Below, piece after piece: positions 18,555 through 27,177 of a DNA stretch of 64,000 bases. The stretch spans positions 2,020-66,019 of the forward strand of contig JBAQNP010000011.1 in NCBI GenBank assembly GCA_049303905.1, in the 5' to 3' direction. The stretch's first letter is position 1. Each line of letters starts with the position of its first letter. The translations under genes and the position numbers were made by a program. The stretch comes from Candidatus Moraniibacteriota bacterium (GTDB lineage: Bacteria; Patescibacteriota; Minisyncoccia; Moranbacterales; UBA2206). The notes under the pieces were generated by a model. It searched no databases. It saw nothing but the letters and a program-made list of their open reading frames with translations, and was not told the DNA's origin.

Positions 18555-18911
18555 TTATTTTATTTTATTCTTAAAAAATTCAATCACATCCTTATCGCCA
18601 ACATAGCATTTATCATCCGCCCAAAGCAAAGGCACACCGATTGATTTCGTATCAATTCCGCATTTGCCGGCTTTTTCCGCCAGAAAGGCTGAGTTATTTT
18701 TATTATGATACACTTCACCCTCGGAAAAATCTACTTTTTCTTTTATCTTATTCTCCTCAATATATTTTTCTACAATTTTACAATGCGGACACTCTTGTCC
18801 ATAAAAAAATATAATCGAGGCATTCTTGTCCACATCTCCACTGTTTTGCCCGCAACCGGACAAAATTAAGCTAAATCCTAGAAAAACGGCAGTTAAAAAA
18901 TATTTATTCAT
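18555..18911 (-). CDS. thioredoxin-fold lipoprotein (CPHC active site)
   Basis: Lipobox LILSGC after a signal peptide; ...FFYGQECPHCK... is a thioredoxin-like CxxC. Confidence 0.6.
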   Translation of the reverse strand: MNKYFLTAVFLGFSLILSGCGQNSGDVDKNASIIFFYGQECPHCKIVEKYIEENKIKEKVDFSEGEVYHNKNNSAFLAEKAGKCGIDTKSIGVPLLWADDKCYVGDKDVIEFFKNKIK

Positions 18912-18972
18912 TATTGTTGATTTTTAAATTATTACATTTAACATTAATTATACTAGCATAAAACCAAAAAAT

Positions 18973-19006
18973 ACAAAACAGCCCCGCCTAAACGGGACTG
19001 TCCTAT
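18973..19006 (-). terminator. Rho-independent terminator downstream of the RRM gene
   Basis: Minus strand: ACAGTCCCG-TTTAGG-CGGGGCTGT followed by a T-rich run. Confidence 0.5.
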
Positions 19007-19041
19007 TATTCGCATGTGCCTTTCGCTAAGGCTTTCACATA

Positions 19042-19368
19042 CTAGAATCGGTCTCTTCGTCCGCCGAAATCTCGGCCACGACCATTTCCGCCTCCAAAGC
19101 CACCTGTGCGAGGTCGGTCTTCTTTTGGTCGGGCTTCATTAACAGTCAATGCTCGTCCTTCGACTTCTTTTCCATTGAACATGTCAATTGCAGCTGTCGC
19201 TTCCGCGTCAGAACTCATTTCAACGAATCCAAAACCCTTGGATCGTCCAGACATTCTGTCGGTGATGATCATTGCAGAAGCTACTGTTCCCGCTGCGGAA
19301 AACATTTCTTTTAATGATTCATCGTTTACGCTGTAGGGCAAATTGCCTACATATAGTTTTTGTGCCAT
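19042..19368 (-). CDS. RRM-type RNA-binding protein with Gly/Arg-rich tail
   Basis: RNP-2 LYVGNL and RNP-1 KGFGFVEM; C-terminal RGG/GR repeats. Confidence 0.85.
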   Translation of the reverse strand: MAQKLYVGNLPYSVNDESLKEMFSAAGTVASAMIITDRMSGRSKGFGFVEMSSDAEATAAIDMFNGKEVEGRALTVNEARPKEDRPRTGGFGGGNGRGRDFGGRRDRF

Positions 19369-19550
19369 TTTCTTACTTGCCCCGCTATTCTGTTTACAGA
19401 ATTTTGCGGGGTTGCCTTATTTAATTTAATATTGCAAGGCGACCTCTCTCATATCGCTTGTTCCTTACTTTTTTTAGATAAGGCAAAACTTACTGAGAAG
19501 ACTTACAACTAAAAAGATTGTAGCTTAAAAAATAAATTACGTCAATCTCA

Positions 19551-20378
19551 TTAGGGAGCAATTTTTTCTACGCTTTGCCCCATCGGAATTTCATTCGTTT
19601 CAATTTGTTCTGTTTGAGGTTGACTTACTTTATCATCCTCATTTTCCTCCGGCACTACTGGCGCAACTTCTGGCGGTAATTCCCCTTTTTGCAGACTGGC
19701 ATATCCAAAGAAAGCGTTGAAACGATTAGACCAAATCAAGACATTATAATACTTATCCAAATCAACTAACTTCTCAACTTTATAGTTAACATTTCCTGTG
19801 GTTGATTTCATCACACCTAAATCAATAGCATCATCTGGATTAAGATTCGAAACTGGCGAAAGATAGATGTGCATATCTTGCCCATTGACCATTTCAAAAC
19901 CTTCCAATCGCAAAAAAAATTCTCCTTCGCTTTTTACAAAAAGTGCTTTGCCTTTCAAAATTTGTTCTACATTATTGAATCTTCCTTGAGAAACAATTTC
20001 TCCATTAGCTGGGAAAGCTTCGTCTAGATTCTCAATTTCTATAACCTTTCCTGGTTCTTGCAAATTGGAAGAAATTGAATTTTTTGGCAGTGGGCGCGGA
20101 GCATTTTTCTTCTTTTTCACCAGAAAAATCACTCCCGCAATGATGGCTAAAATCAGAACTATAATCAAAACTAGAAACACTATTTTCTTCCAAGTTTTTT
20201 TCTGATAGGTTTTTCGCATTACCACTTTTGGTTTTCTGAATTTTTTGAAAGGATTAGTGACCCTAATCGTTTTTATTTTCTCCATTATATCCCCTATCGC
20301 CTTTTTTATCACTTCTTTTTTGATAATAGTTTTTTTAGTTTTATTGATTTTTCTAACTTTTATAATTTGCTTTTTCAT
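19551..20378 (-). CDS. membrane-anchored DM13-like domain protein
   Basis: Basic N-terminus, one TM helix; C-terminal GKALFVKSEGEFFLRLEGFEMVNGQDMHIYLSP resembles the DM13 domain. Confidence 0.45.
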   Translation of the reverse strand: MKKQIIKVRKINKTKKTIIKKEVIKKAIGDIMEKIKTIRVTNPFKKFRKPKVVMRKTYQKKTWKKIVFLVLIIVLILAIIAGVIFLVKKKKNAPRPLPKNSISSNLQEPGKVIEIENLDEAFPANGEIVSQGRFNNVEQILKGKALFVKSEGEFFLRLEGFEMVNGQDMHIYLSPVSNLNPDDAIDLGVMKSTTGNVNYKVEKLVDLDKYYNVLIWSNRFNAFFGYASLQKGELPPEVAPVVPEENEDDKVSQPQTEQIETNEIPMGQSVEKIAP

Positions 20379-20665
20379 TTTTTTTATTTACCCTGTTAAA
20401 TAAAATTTGTCCCTTATACTAAGAAACATCCTATTTTAATTATTGTTATTTATTTTTTTCACCTACTGTTTACCTAGATATATCCAAATCTAATTTTAAT
20501 TTTTTTTAAAAATTAAAATTATTTAACAGGGTGAATTCCTAATATAATTATAATCCAAAAACAAAAAACTTGCCAGAATTATTCGAAATTAATAAAACCT
20601 TGATTTATTTGAAATGTTTGATATAATCAAATTGTTAGATAAATAGTCCTTGAGGCTATTTAAAA

Positions 20666-20690
20666 TTGACAATTAAATATTCCGCGATAG
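20666..20690 (+). repeat. 25-bp direct repeat copy 1 (TTGACAATTAAATATTCCGCGATAG), contains the first 10 nt of tRNA-Asn
   Basis: 24/25 identical to 21019-21043. Followed by nested perfect hairpins (TCCCGAC/GTCGGGA; TTCTGTC/GACAGAA) and then GCTCAAT, which looks like a pseudo-tRNA 5' fragment. Confidence 0.6.
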
Positions 20691-20758
20691 TCCCGACGCA
20701 AGGTCGGGATCCCGACTTCTGTCTGGAGACAGAACGTCGGAGCTCAATCAAAAATCCA

Positions 20759-21022
20759 ATGCCACATGTTTACATATTAGAAAGCATAAACGATGGTCGG
20801 TATTATATAGGTAGTACCGCTGATTTAAAGTCTAGGATAAAACATCATATTGGTGGGCACACTCCAAGTACCAAAAGATTTGGTAAAATTAAATTAGTCT
20901 TTTCTCAAGAATATGCAACATTGAAAGAGGTTAGAATTATTGAGAAAAAACTAAAGAAATTAAAGAGAAAAGATTATTTGCAGAAAATAATCAAGGATGG
21001 TTTTATAAAAATAAAACCTTGA
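20759..21022 (+). CDS. small GIY-YIG nuclease (YhbQ/UPF0213-like)
   Basis: HVYILESINDGRYYIGSTADLKSRIKHHIGG is the GIY-YIG core. The track ORF begins at 20666 but the N-terminal 31 codons read through the repeat and hairpins, so the start is placed at MPHVYIL. Confidence 0.65.
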   Translation: MPHVYILESINDGRYYIGSTADLKSRIKHHIGGHTPSTKRFGKIKLVFSQEYATLKEVRIIEKKLKKLKRKDYLQKIIKDGFIKIKP

Positions 21023-21033
21023 CAACTAAATAT

Positions 21034-21105
21034 TCCGCGATAGCTCAATGGTAGAGCAGTTGACTGTTAATCAATTGGTTCCAGGTTCGAGTCCTGGTCG
21101 CGGAG
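21034..21105 (+). tRNA. tRNA-Asn (anticodon GTT)
   Basis: Acceptor TCCGCGA/TCGCGGA, D arm GCTCAATGGTAGAGC, anticodon loop CTGTTAA, T arm CCAGGTTCGAGTCCTGG, discriminator G. Confidence 0.85.
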
Positions 21106-22698
21106 CAGAACTGGAGAACTAGAGTATAAAAGCTCTAGTTTTTCTTTATCTTCGGGCAAATTCAGAGGTTCGAACTTTCTGAATATCGTATTTAGCTCGG
21201 AAGATATTTTTTCTAGGCCAGCGAACTTATTATCGGCTCTAATATTGAGTTTTTTCTCAGAAAGTGAGAGGTTCGAACCAATCGCCCTAAATATCTCTTT
21301 TCGTTTTTCTTCATCGCCATTTCTGAACTTTTCAAGTGAGTCCTTGGCAAGCTCCAGCAATTCTTTCGTTTCTTCCAGCTGGTCTATCCAATAGGTTGAA
21401 TTGTCCTCACAAGCGTCCAAACTGGCCTTCAGCCGTCCTTTTTCTCGTGTTAGCTCATCTTTCTTCGTTGCGAATTCACCCTCGCTTAATTCGCCATTTA
21501 TTCGCATATCTAGGAGTCTAGCTAACTTGTTATCATAAGCTTCGCATTCCTTTTTTCGGTTTTCTAATGTTTGTTTCCTTTCCTCAATTTCTTCCTTGTT
21601 TTCCTTTCTGAGTTTTTCAATCGCCCATTCTAGGAATGTGGGGTGGATCTTTATTCTTTTTAGGATTCCAATGATTTCTTCTTCAAACTTCCTTTCCTCG
21701 ACTACTTTTTGATCGCATTTTGGATCTAACCTGTGACTACAGTGGTAGTAGATGTAATAATGAGTTTTGCCATTCTTGCATTTCTTAACTTTATGTTCAG
21801 CTACTATCGATGCTTCACATATTCCGCATCTGATCGCTCCTGTATATTTGAAACTGTATTTTCGTGGTCTGGTCGTTCCTCGTCGACCGAGTATCATTTG
21901 AGTCTTTTCGAATTCTGCTTGTGTGATCATCGGTTCATGCTTGCCTTTATGCCATTGGCCACTATCGGATGGAAATTCATACCAGCCGTAGTAGAAAGGG
22001 TTATTCATCATGGCGTACCATGAGCTGATGGAAACTTTTTGGCCATGCTTATTTGTAAAGTTCCATTCAGCAGTTCCTTTCCTGTATGCTTCTGGCGGAG
22101 TGAGTTTTCCTGAAGCGACCATTTTCAACATCTTTTGAATCGTTTCAAATCTTTCAGGATCTTTGATGATTTCTTTTTCGCCTTTGAGCTTGATGGGATT
22201 GTGTCTATATCCGAGTGGCGATCCATTAGGATACCACCCTCGCTCCGCTTTGTTTCGCAGGCCTCGCTTTGTGTCAGTGCTTAGATCGCGAATGAATTGG
22301 TTAGCCATTCCTTGCTCTACAGCCATCACTAGAACATTATCTTCAGGGTAATAACTTCTCCCGAATGTAAAAATATGTTTTATCATCTTACCCTGTAGCA
22401 TCCAACTTATCGTACCGCTATCTACAGGATTTCTAGACAGACGATTAAGTTTCCAACAAAGTATTCCATCAGCTTCGCCCCGTTTTATTTTTTCGAACAT
22501 TTCGTTAAAAACTATCCTCCCAGGCTCTTTGGCTGATTTGGATTCATGCATAATTTCAGATACATTCAACCCGTTTTCTTTTGCGAGTCTTTGTAACTCT
22601 TCAATTTGCGAGTCAATCGATGCCATTTGTCGATCCTCGCTTTCAGATGATTTTCGAGCGTAAAGAATGTACTTAGTTGCTCTTGTTTCTTGGTTCAT
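21067..22698 (-). CDS. large serine recombinase (resolvase/invertase-type catalytic domain + recombinase domain + zinc ribbon + coiled coil)
   Basis: N-terminal YARKSSESEDRQMASIDSQ (catalytic Ser region), zinc ribbon CGICEAS...YYHCSHR, long coiled coil. The annotated 3' end reads through the tRNA-Asn 3' half (last ~13 codons), so the true stop may be earlier or it overlaps att. Confidence 0.85.
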   Translation of the reverse strand: MNQETRATKYILYARKSSESEDRQMASIDSQIEELQRLAKENGLNVSEIMHESKSAKEPGRIVFNEMFEKIKRGEADGILCWKLNRLSRNPVDSGTISWMLQGKMIKHIFTFGRSYYPEDNVLVMAVEQGMANQFIRDLSTDTKRGLRNKAERGWYPNGSPLGYRHNPIKLKGEKEIIKDPERFETIQKMLKMVASGKLTPPEAYRKGTAEWNFTNKHGQKVSISSWYAMMNNPFYYGWYEFPSDSGQWHKGKHEPMITQAEFEKTQMILGRRGTTRPRKYSFKYTGAIRCGICEASIVAEHKVKKCKNGKTHYYIYYHCSHRLDPKCDQKVVEERKFEEEIIGILKRIKIHPTFLEWAIEKLRKENKEEIEERKQTLENRKKECEAYDNKLARLLDMRINGELSEGEFATKKDELTREKGRLKASLDACEDNSTYWIDQLEETKELLELAKDSLEKFRNGDEEKRKEIFRAIGSNLSLSEKKLNIRADNKFAGLEKISSELNTIFRKFEPLNLPEDKEKLELLYSSSPVLLRDQDSNLEPID

Positions 22699-22916
22699 TT
22701 TTTTAATATTAATTGATTAGTTTTCTTAACAACACAATACTCCAAAGTGATATTAAAGCTAGTGGGTAAAAACCTGCGAAAATCCGACAAAGTTCGGGCT
22801 CAAAATAGGGTAAAGCTCTTTGCCAAAATCCCGCTTTTCTCTTTTATTAAGCCATAATATGCGATTTGAACTTTACCCTTTTTTCTGAAAAAACTTTGTC
22901 GTCTTTTCTAAAAGAA

Positions 22917-23010
22917 AGCGGACTCATGTAAGGGCTTTTTCTTTTTTAGTAAACCGACTCACGTAAGTCGGTTTTCTTTTGAGAATACTGACTCATGTAG
23001 GTAAGTTTTC
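22917..23010. repeat. three tandem ~34/35-bp repeats with core GACTCAYGTAAG (imperfect palindrome around ACGT)
   Basis: Copies at 22921, 22956 and 22990, each followed by GGnTTTTCTTTT. Confidence 0.6.
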
Positions 23011-23029
23011 TTCAATCTCTATATTGCAA

Positions 23030-23246
23030 AAAACGTTCAGAAAATTCAGAAAATGTGTCCGCAAAACCCGCAAAACTACATTCTCAAAACGTTCGGAAAA
23101 CTCGGAAAACTAAAGTACGAAAAACGCTCCAAAAACTCCAAAAACCTACCTTTAAAAACGTTCAGAAAATTCAGGGGATTAAATTCCTGAAACGTTCAGA
23201 AAACTCAGAAAACCATATCCTTTTCTGTGTCAGAAAAGTCAGGGAA
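23030..23246. repeat. six degenerate iteron-like repeats AAAACGTTCAGAAAAYTCAGAAAA (each itself a TTCAGAAAA dimer)
   Basis: Copies begin near 23030, 23087, 23116, 23154, 23190 and 23225. The spurious 97-aa plus-strand ORF at 23055..23348 is just a translation of these repeats. Confidence 0.6.
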
Positions 23247-23371
23247 TTATTTTTTAAAAAATCGCCGTTTTTTATTTTTTTACTTAACTTCATTGATTGC
23301 ATAGATACTTTATATTTACCTTATAGGGAACATATATTCTTTATATGACGTATATGTATATATAATAGTTA

Positions 23372-23710
23372 CTATGTTTGACCATTAATGTTTCTGGAAA
23401 ACTCCTCGCTTTGATAACATTCAATTATTTTTTCTTCTAATTTTTTCCATAGCACTTTATTCTCCATGTAAACAATTTCAACAAATTTACCTTTGTGTGG
23501 CGTGGCTGGAGGAGAAACGTAAAGCCCTCTGGATGAATACCAAATTCTATAGCCCTTTATAACTAAACAGCCAAAGAAAGTAACATTTACAATAGCTCTG
23601 ACGGAATCCTTTCTCGTTTCCATCTCCTTGATCAGGTTAATTTTGACACGAATATTTTCTATGTCACTATGATTCAATATTCTTTTCTCATTGGGGGTTT
23701 CTATCTTCAT
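23372..23710 (-). CDS. SpoVG-like protein
   Basis: VRAIVNVTFFGCLVIKGYRIWYSSRGLYVSPPATPHKGKFVEIVYMENKVLWKKLEEKII parallels SpoVG ([32 protein letters not shown]...FRDIAHPI). Recalled alignment, moderate confidence. Confidence 0.5.
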   Translation of the reverse strand: MKIETPNEKRILNHSDIENIRVKINLIKEMETRKDSVRAIVNVTFFGCLVIKGYRIWYSSRGLYVSPPATPHKGKFVEIVYMENKVLWKKLEEKIIECYQSEEFSRNINGQT

Positions 23711-23814
23711 TTTTTTACTAATTTTAATAATAATGCTAATTATGTATAAGAATTCATTTTAGATGCTTAGCTCTCCATTTCCAGCTTTGCTCATCCTCGC
23801 ATGCAAAATGTAAT

Positions 23815-24096
23815 TTATGTTTCCGAATAGTATAAGTCATGTAAGATTTCTATTTTTTTACTACCATCATAATCTTCTTTGGAAACGTTTTTATTGAAAT
23901 GATAGTTGATTGATTTTATGGAAATTTTTCGACTACTCTGCTTTACTTCCATCACGATCATTCTGAATAGACAAATATCGGAAACCAGTTGATAGTTCCT
24001 TAAACTCCGAAGATACTTAAAAATTCTTCCCAACCCATAGTTCTTATCAATCAGTCTCCTAGCAATTTTGATTTGATCATTTGCATTTTTGCTCAT
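23815..24096 (-). CDS. small hypothetical protein
   Basis: 93-aa ORF in a tightly packed minus-strand operon. Confidence 0.4.
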   Translation of the reverse strand: MSKNANDQIKIARRLIDKNYGLGRIFKYLRSLRNYQLVSDICLFRMIVMEVKQSSRKISIKSINYHFNKNVSKEDYDGSKKIEILHDLYYSET

Positions 24097-24100
24097 ATTT

Positions 24101-24238
24101 TTTTAATTAGATTTATAAACAGCAGTCAGTAAATCCAGCAACATTTGAGCATTTTCAACAATCTCGTTGTCGCTTATTTCAACGCCAAATTCTTCTTCGT
24201 GCATTTGCTTTAGTTGTTGGATTTCTTCTTGCGAAAAC
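24101..24238 (-). CDS. small hypothetical protein (45 aa, MFSQEEIQQLKQMHEEEFGVEISDNEIVENAQMLLDLLTAVYKSN)
   Basis: Hand-translated; below the track length cutoff. Fills the gap between the two neighbouring genes with 3-4 nt spacing. Confidence 0.3.
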
Positions 24239-24241
24239 ATT

Positions 24242-24460
24242 TTAGTTATAGATTCTACCTTTCAAATCCTTTTGAATGAAAAATAACTTTTTTGGTTCGA
24301 CCTTTATTTTTCCATTGTGAAAATCATCCAATATCATATTGGTTTTTTCGTTTGGGATAATAACAAAGACACATCTTCTTGGATCGCTTTTGTCTATTTC
24401 TGCAATTTCATGATCAAAGTAAAGCAGTACTGAACACGTTAATAGATCTGTTATTTTCAT
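24242..24460 (-). CDS. small hypothetical protein
   Basis: 72-aa ORF. Confidence 0.4.
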   Translation of the reverse strand: MKITDLLTCSVLLYFDHEIAEIDKSDPRRCVFVIIPNEKTNMILDDFHNGKIKVEPKKLFFIQKDLKGRIYN

Positions 24461-24546
24461 CTTAATCTAAATAAAAAAATTACGACTTTATATGTCGTAA
24501 TCATAGAGCGTAACTATTTAATCCTGCACAGTATAAATCTGGTGGA

Positions 24547-25653
24547 TTATAGGTTCATTAGCTTTTTGAATCTGGTTATTTCTCTTGATGCAATATTTGC
24601 AGGGACTTTCTTAAGCTTAAGGTTTTCCATTACTTTGTTTGCCTCTTTGTTGGTCAATTTTTCCCCAGTAATCAAGAAGAAATATATTGCCTCGCTCAAT
24701 ATTGTTTTTGGATCTATCCTTGAAATTCCCATTTTAGACTTGTAGGATGGAAATTTCTTTATGACACCAGCACCGCTTAATTCTTTGATAAGGTTTCTTA
24801 TATCGGTTATGTCAGTTGCACCATAAATATCAATGCTGATGTGTGGCTCAAAATTCTTCAGTTTTTCCTTGCTTAACTGAATGCATCGATTTTCCGTTTG
24901 TATTATTGAAGCCCTTGATGATCTTCGGCTGGAAGTCGCAAAATTATCATCCCACTCTATTTTATTGAACAAAATAAATTTTCTTAGATTGGATGAATAA
25001 CTCGAAGGGAAACCCAATTCCATGACAAAAAAATTGTAAATTTCCTCTTTGAGTTTCGGGTATTTATTATCTAAAAATATATCAATTTCATCAATCAATT
25101 TTTGCTTGGTTTTGCCACTTTGATTTTCCGTGCTTTTGTCAGCTATTTCCAAAATCAGATCATAATATGGATCGGATTCATTTTCCAATACTTCTACCAA
25201 ATAAACTGCATTTTCTCTAAAATTACTATATACTTCCGCTCTGACAGCACTAGGTTTTATTCCATATTTTTTTCTCAGGTTGCTTAACCATTGATTGAAT
25301 TTTGGAATAAATCGCAATATGGTAATCAGCGATATTTCTTTTGGATGTTTTAAACCTTTTTTAATATAACCAAAATCTGTAGCCAAAATTGATAAAACTT
25401 CTCGCTTAGCTAAGGATTCTTTTTCAGATAATCCCATTTCAATCCCTGTTTTTTTGGATGGTTTATTTTTCTCCTTAATTAGATTATTTAAACCGAGCAA
25501 ATCATTTGGAATAAAATATTCTTCTTTGATAAAACCAGCATCTTCTAGAAATTTGCTTGATACCTGGATAGTTCTCTTCGAGAAAAGAGGACTTTTATTT
25601 GCTTCTGTACAAAAATCAACTAAATTCATGATGTTAATCTTAATTTCTTCCAT
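24547..25653 (-). CDS. hypothetical protein (start placed at MEEIKIN; track ORF extends to 25845)
   Basis: The first 64 codons of the track ORF (MSGRPDGYHNQKTPRCSIMCVEPPAKGRDRAKPKG...) run through a GC-rich hairpin cluster that is atypical for this genome's coding sequence. Confidence 0.45.
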   Translation of the reverse strand: MEEIKINIMNLVDFCTEANKSPLFSKRTIQVSSKFLEDAGFIKEEYFIPNDLLGLNNLIKEKNKPSKKTGIEMGLSEKESLAKREVLSILATDFGYIKKGLKHPKEISLITILRFIPKFNQWLSNLRKKYGIKPSAVRAEVYSNFRENAVYLVEVLENESDPYYDLILEIADKSTENQSGKTKQKLIDEIDIFLDNKYPKLKEEIYNFFVMELGFPSSYSSNLRKFILFNKIEWDDNFATSSRRSSRASIIQTENRCIQLSKEKLKNFEPHISIDIYGATDITDIRNLIKELSGAGVIKKFPSYKSKMGISRIDPKTILSEAIYFFLITGEKLTNKEANKVMENLKLKKVPANIASREITRFKKLMNL

Positions 25654-25740
25654 TTTACCACTAAACCCGAAATGGTTGTATTTTAAGCAATTTGATGGTA
25701 TTTTATATTTGGTACCATAATCAATAAATACTAAGGTGAA

Positions 25741-25880
25741 ACCCTTGGGTTTTGCTCTATCACGCCCTTTAGCGGGCGGCTCGACGCACATGATAGAGCA
25801 CCTTGGTGTTTTTTGATTGTGGTACCCGTCGGGTCGTCCACTCAAGCGGAACCACTCGACGACTAATTATTAGTCGTTTT
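25741..25880. other. GC-rich structured element (nested hairpins) ending in a terminator-like CGACTAA-TTA-TTAGTCG-TTTTT
   Basis: Stems GCTCTATCA/TGATAGAGC (25754-25799) enclosing CGCCC/GGGCG; GTCGTC/GACGAC (25833-25863); final hairpin 25860-25881. Could be an sRNA or ribo-regulator on the plus strand, or a 5' leader of the minus-strand gene. Confidence 0.3.
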
Positions 25881-25884
25881 TATT

Positions 25885-27168
25885 ATGAAAATTTCTAGAA
25901 TTTTAGGGGAAAACTTTTTTCGGAAAGATTTGAATCTTAAAAATAAATGGTTGCATAGACTTATTTCTATCTCATTTGTTTTATTATTTTTTGTTTCTGT
26001 TATTTCCGTATTTGTAGACTATTTTGATGGTAATGGTTTTACCCAATGGACACAGACAAACACTCTTAAAGAGAGAATAAATTCTGATATGAATGCTACT
26101 GGCAATCTTGTTAAACAAAACGAGAAATTAGAAGAAATTGGTGCTCCTGCACAAACTCTAAATCTTAATGACTTGCCCTATGGTGATTATGTTTTAAATA
26201 ATGTATATTGTTCCACTGAAATTCAAAATCATGTAGGGGAAATAAAAAACGAACGTAAAATTGACCACCTTCTAGTAAGAGATTTGTATGATAAAAATGA
26301 TGTTTCAATTGAAGATTTTAATAAATACATAAAGGAAAATAATATAGATTGTATAGCTGTGGATGCTTATACGACTTATGGAAATAACAGTCAGGAAACT
26401 GGTAAATTTACTTTTTTAGAACCCAATAAAAAATTTCAGAATGGTTGGGCGTTTTATAAAAAATCAATCCCCAAAACCGTTTTATATCTTTTAGGATATT
26501 CACTTTGGACAGTGACATCTTTATTACTTATTTTCATTGTAATAGCCGTTATCTATTATAAAATTTTGCTTTATATAATATTCGGCAAAGCCACCAATGA
26601 AGCATCAAGGGAGGGAATCGAAAGAAGCGATGCAGTAAAATTGAGTCGATACGCAAAGCCCATAGTCATTATCTCAATCGTAATCATTTTACTTTTAGGA
26701 GTTTCTTTTTATTGGTTTGGAATTAGGCCGTCAAATATTCGACAGTGGTGTTCTGACGTTGAGGGAAGACAGGCTACTAATAGTGAATACACGAATTGTT
26801 TAAGGAAAAATGGGTTAAGAGAGGACAATTTACAATCTATTAATGATGAGCAATTAAAAAATTTACAACAAAGCATCGACGAGCAGTCGGAAAAAATAGA
26901 AAATGTTAACACAAAAAAGAACACCTCGTCTATCGATGCTCAGGCAATAATAAAGTCATCCATAGAAAAAACTAATCGTGAAGAGCAGGCAAAATGCCAG
27001 CAGGAATTAAGTGAATATAACTCCTGTTTAGCTGAGTATAATTCTAAGATGACTGAATATAATTCATGCCTAACGGAAGAAGCGAATCCGAATTCCTGGA
27101 ATTATGGCAAGACATCACTTTGTTTCAAGCCATCTAATTATTGCTTTAAGCCAGTTTGTGCTTATTAG
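25885..27168 (+). CDS. membrane protein with coiled-coil and Cys-rich C-terminus, hypothetical
   Basis: 427 aa; N-terminal TM helix, two internal TM helices, C-terminal CxxEYNSC repeats. Confidence 0.5.
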   Translation: MKISRILGENFFRKDLNLKNKWLHRLISISFVLLFFVSVISVFVDYFDGNGFTQWTQTNTLKERINSDMNATGNLVKQNEKLEEIGAPAQTLNLNDLPYGDYVLNNVYCSTEIQNHVGEIKNERKIDHLLVRDLYDKNDVSIEDFNKYIKENNIDCIAVDAYTTYGNNSQETGKFTFLEPNKKFQNGWAFYKKSIPKTVLYLLGYSLWTVTSLLLIFIVIAVIYYKILLYIIFGKATNEASREGIERSDAVKLSRYAKPIVIISIVIILLLGVSFYWFGIRPSNIRQWCSDVEGRQATNSEYTNCLRKNGLREDNLQSINDEQLKNLQQSIDEQSEKIENVNTKKNTSSIDAQAIIKSSIEKTNREEQAKCQQELSEYNSCLAEYNSKMTEYNSCLTEEANPNSWNYGKTSLCFKPSNYCFKPVCAY

Positions 27169-27177
27169 TAAAAAAGT

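Noticed and set aside
20666-20758. N-terminal 31 codons of the GIY-YIG track ORF
   Set aside because: They translate the 25-bp direct repeat and two perfect hairpins (MTIKYSAIVPTQGRDPDFCLETERRSS...). The GIY-YIG domain begins at MPHVYIL.
21067-21105. Recombinase C-terminus (...RDQDSNLEPID) overlapping tRNA-Asn
   Set aside because: Those residues are simply the reverse-complement translation of the tRNA T-arm and acceptor stem. The functional protein may end earlier, but the gene call is kept with this caveat rather than calling a pseudogene.
23055-23348. 97-aa plus-strand ORF (MSAKPAKLHSQNVRKTRKTKVRK...)
   Set aside because: It is the translation of the iteron repeat array (periodic KTRK/QKLQK pattern). 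No coding signal.
24547-25845. Track ORF start at 25845 (N-terminus MSGRPDGYHNQKTPRCSIMCVEPPAKGRDRAKPKG...)
   Set aside because: The first ~64 codons are read out of a GC-rich nested-hairpin element. I moved the start to MEEIKIN (25653) and treat the hairpins as a separate non-coding feature, though the longer ORF cannot be excluded.
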